From NCBI GenBank assembly GCA_963774265.1, contig CAVZDU010000006.1:333005-397004 (forward strand): a stretch of 64,000 bases of DNA. The letters run 5' to 3'. Each line of letters starts with the position of its first letter. The stretch's first letter is position 1. This stretch comes from an uncultured Chloroflexia bacterium (GTDB taxonomy: Bacteria > Chloroflexota > Anaerolineae > CG2-30-64-16). The position numbers and the translations under genes are program-made. The notes under the pieces were generated by a model, which was given only the letters and a program-made list of their open reading frames with translations, searched no databases and was not told the DNA's origin. This document shows positions 62,368-64,000 of the stretch, in pieces.

Positions 62368-64000
62368 ATGAGGGTCAATAGTATTTTCGCTAACAGGCTG
62401 CGCATGGCGCTCGCGACAACCGGCAGAGTGCTGCTGGTCGCGGCTCTGCTGATCGCGGGGACTGCGACCACGGGTACGGCGGCGGCGCCTACCGTTGGCC
62501 CAAGCGCAGCGCCAGGCCTGCAACAAGGGGCGGGGCTTCATCTTGTGATGGAGAACGTAGGGCAGTATGCAGCCGGAGCGCGTTTCCTGCTCAAGCAGGG
62601 AGACCGCCGCATCTGGCTGACCGACGATGCGTTGTGGCTCACCGTGCCAGATCCCGTCGCCGCCGGCGAACAGTCTGCTGCGGCCGGCGCGGGCCCGACG
62701 CACCAGCCAGGTCACCGTCGGACGCCCAGCACGGGCTCTCGCTCCGGCACGGCCATCCGCTTCACCTTCCCGGGCGCCAATCCTGCGCCAACCCTGGAGC
62801 CCTACGGCCGCGTTCCGACGCACGTGTCCTACCTGATCGGCAGCGACCCGGCGCTCTGGCACACGGATATTCCGGTCTGGTCGGGCGTCCGCTACCGTGA
62901 CCTGTACCCCGGCGTCGACCTGGTGATCGGCGACGCCGCATCCGGCGCCGCGGCCGGTGCCATGCCCTGGCGGCTGGAAGCCCGTCGGGGGGCCGACCTG
63001 AGCGCGGTCACGCTGCGCGGCGGAAGGCGCGGAGACGGTCACGGCCGCGGCAGGCCAGTTGCGCCTGCAGATGAAGGGCCGGGCGGTCAACCTCCCGCTG
63101 CCCGCCTGGTCGGTGGCGGGCCAGGCAGACCTGCTGGAGAGCGCGATCCTGCGGCAGTCCCCAAACGGCGAGTTCGTCGTCTCGCCACAACAAGGTGCGC
63201 AAGCCGAGAAGGCGGCCGTAACGGACGCATCTCAGGCGCTGGACTACAGCACCTCCCTGGTGGGCACGGCCTCTGACACGGGATACGCGATTGCCATCGA
63301 CGGCCTGGGCAACGCCTACATCACCGGCCAGACCGAGTCCAACGATCTCCCCAACACTGCGGGGCACTACGACCCTGCGAACAGCGGCTTTCCGGGCGAG
63401 CCCACAGAGGCCTTCGTGGCCAAGCTCAACGCCGCGGGGGATACCTTTCTTTATGTAACCTACCTGGGCGGGGACGGCCCTGACGCAGGCAGGGGCATCG
63501 CGGTCGACGGCGGCCTGGCGTACGTCGTCGGAGAAACAGACTCAATGAATTTCCCCGGGGCGCCCAAAGAGGTGCTGGACGGGAGCGATATCTTTGTCGC
63601 GGCCCTCAACGCGAACGGCACCGGGGTGCGCTACGTGTCGCGGCTGGGCGGTAACGGAACCGACATAGGCTACGGCATTGCCCTCGATTACGACTTTGGG
63701 CTCAAGGAAACGAACGCATACGTGACGGGCAGCTCCTCCTCCATGAGCCTGCCCCCAACAACAAGTTGTGCCAGCGGCACCGACACGGACCTGGTCGTCG
63801 CCAAGCTCAGCGCATCCGGCGCACCGGTGTACACGACCTGCCTGGACGTCAGCGCCGATGAAGCGGGCAACGCCATCGCCGTGCGCAGCGGAGTGGCCTA
63901 CGTGACGGGGGATAAGGTCACTGAAGTCACCCCCGGTAATTTCGCCGGTGATATCCTGGTGGCCCGTTTCAACACGAGCGGGACGCCGGCTGTGAGCGCC
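62368..64000 (+). CDS. Secreted SBBP beta-propeller repeat protein, running off the window; frameshift near 63020
   Basis: Signal peptide; ENVGQ…VSYLIG…VRYRDLYPGVDL N-domain; then YST.L.G…D.GYAIAID..GNAYITG.T.S repeats in the shifted frame. Confidence 0.8.

Overview
GC-rich bacterial DNA. Gene content and style (archaeal-type upper mevalonate genes, T-box trpS, a MalT-like regulator, Tat/Sec surface proteins with C-terminal xYLP-like tails) suggest a Chloroflexota (Anaerolineae/Caldilineae-like) genome; this is an inference. 1-30 kb is an accessory patchwork: ROK kinase, ABC-2 exporter, UroD-like enzyme, MalT-like regulator, an orphan tail-less FtsZ tightly coupled to a phosphotransferase, LysM and VOC proteins, a serine hydrolase, a complete IS256-family element with inverted repeats and an 8-bp target duplication, a BMP nucleoside ABC operon with a deaminase, and a serpin. 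30.5-49 kb is more core-like: DUF35/thiolase/HMG-CoA synthase/HMG-CoA reductase, three degenerate antiporter-like membrane genes, galT, HAD hydrolases, an aldo-keto reductase, trpS with a Trp T-box, and a rubredoxin-like ORF/structured leader/kamA/ATP-grasp cassette. 49-64 kb is a surface-redox island: a PAS kinase and NarL pair, two multicopper oxidases (one ~1,800 aa, OmpB/MofA-like) behind a duplicated promoter module, a tandem paralog pair and an SBBP propeller protein. Many genes at ~30.9-35.7 kb and ~44.2-49 kb carry single-base indels that look like long-read assembly errors, so coordinates there are approximate. All annotations come from reading motifs by eye; no database search was run.
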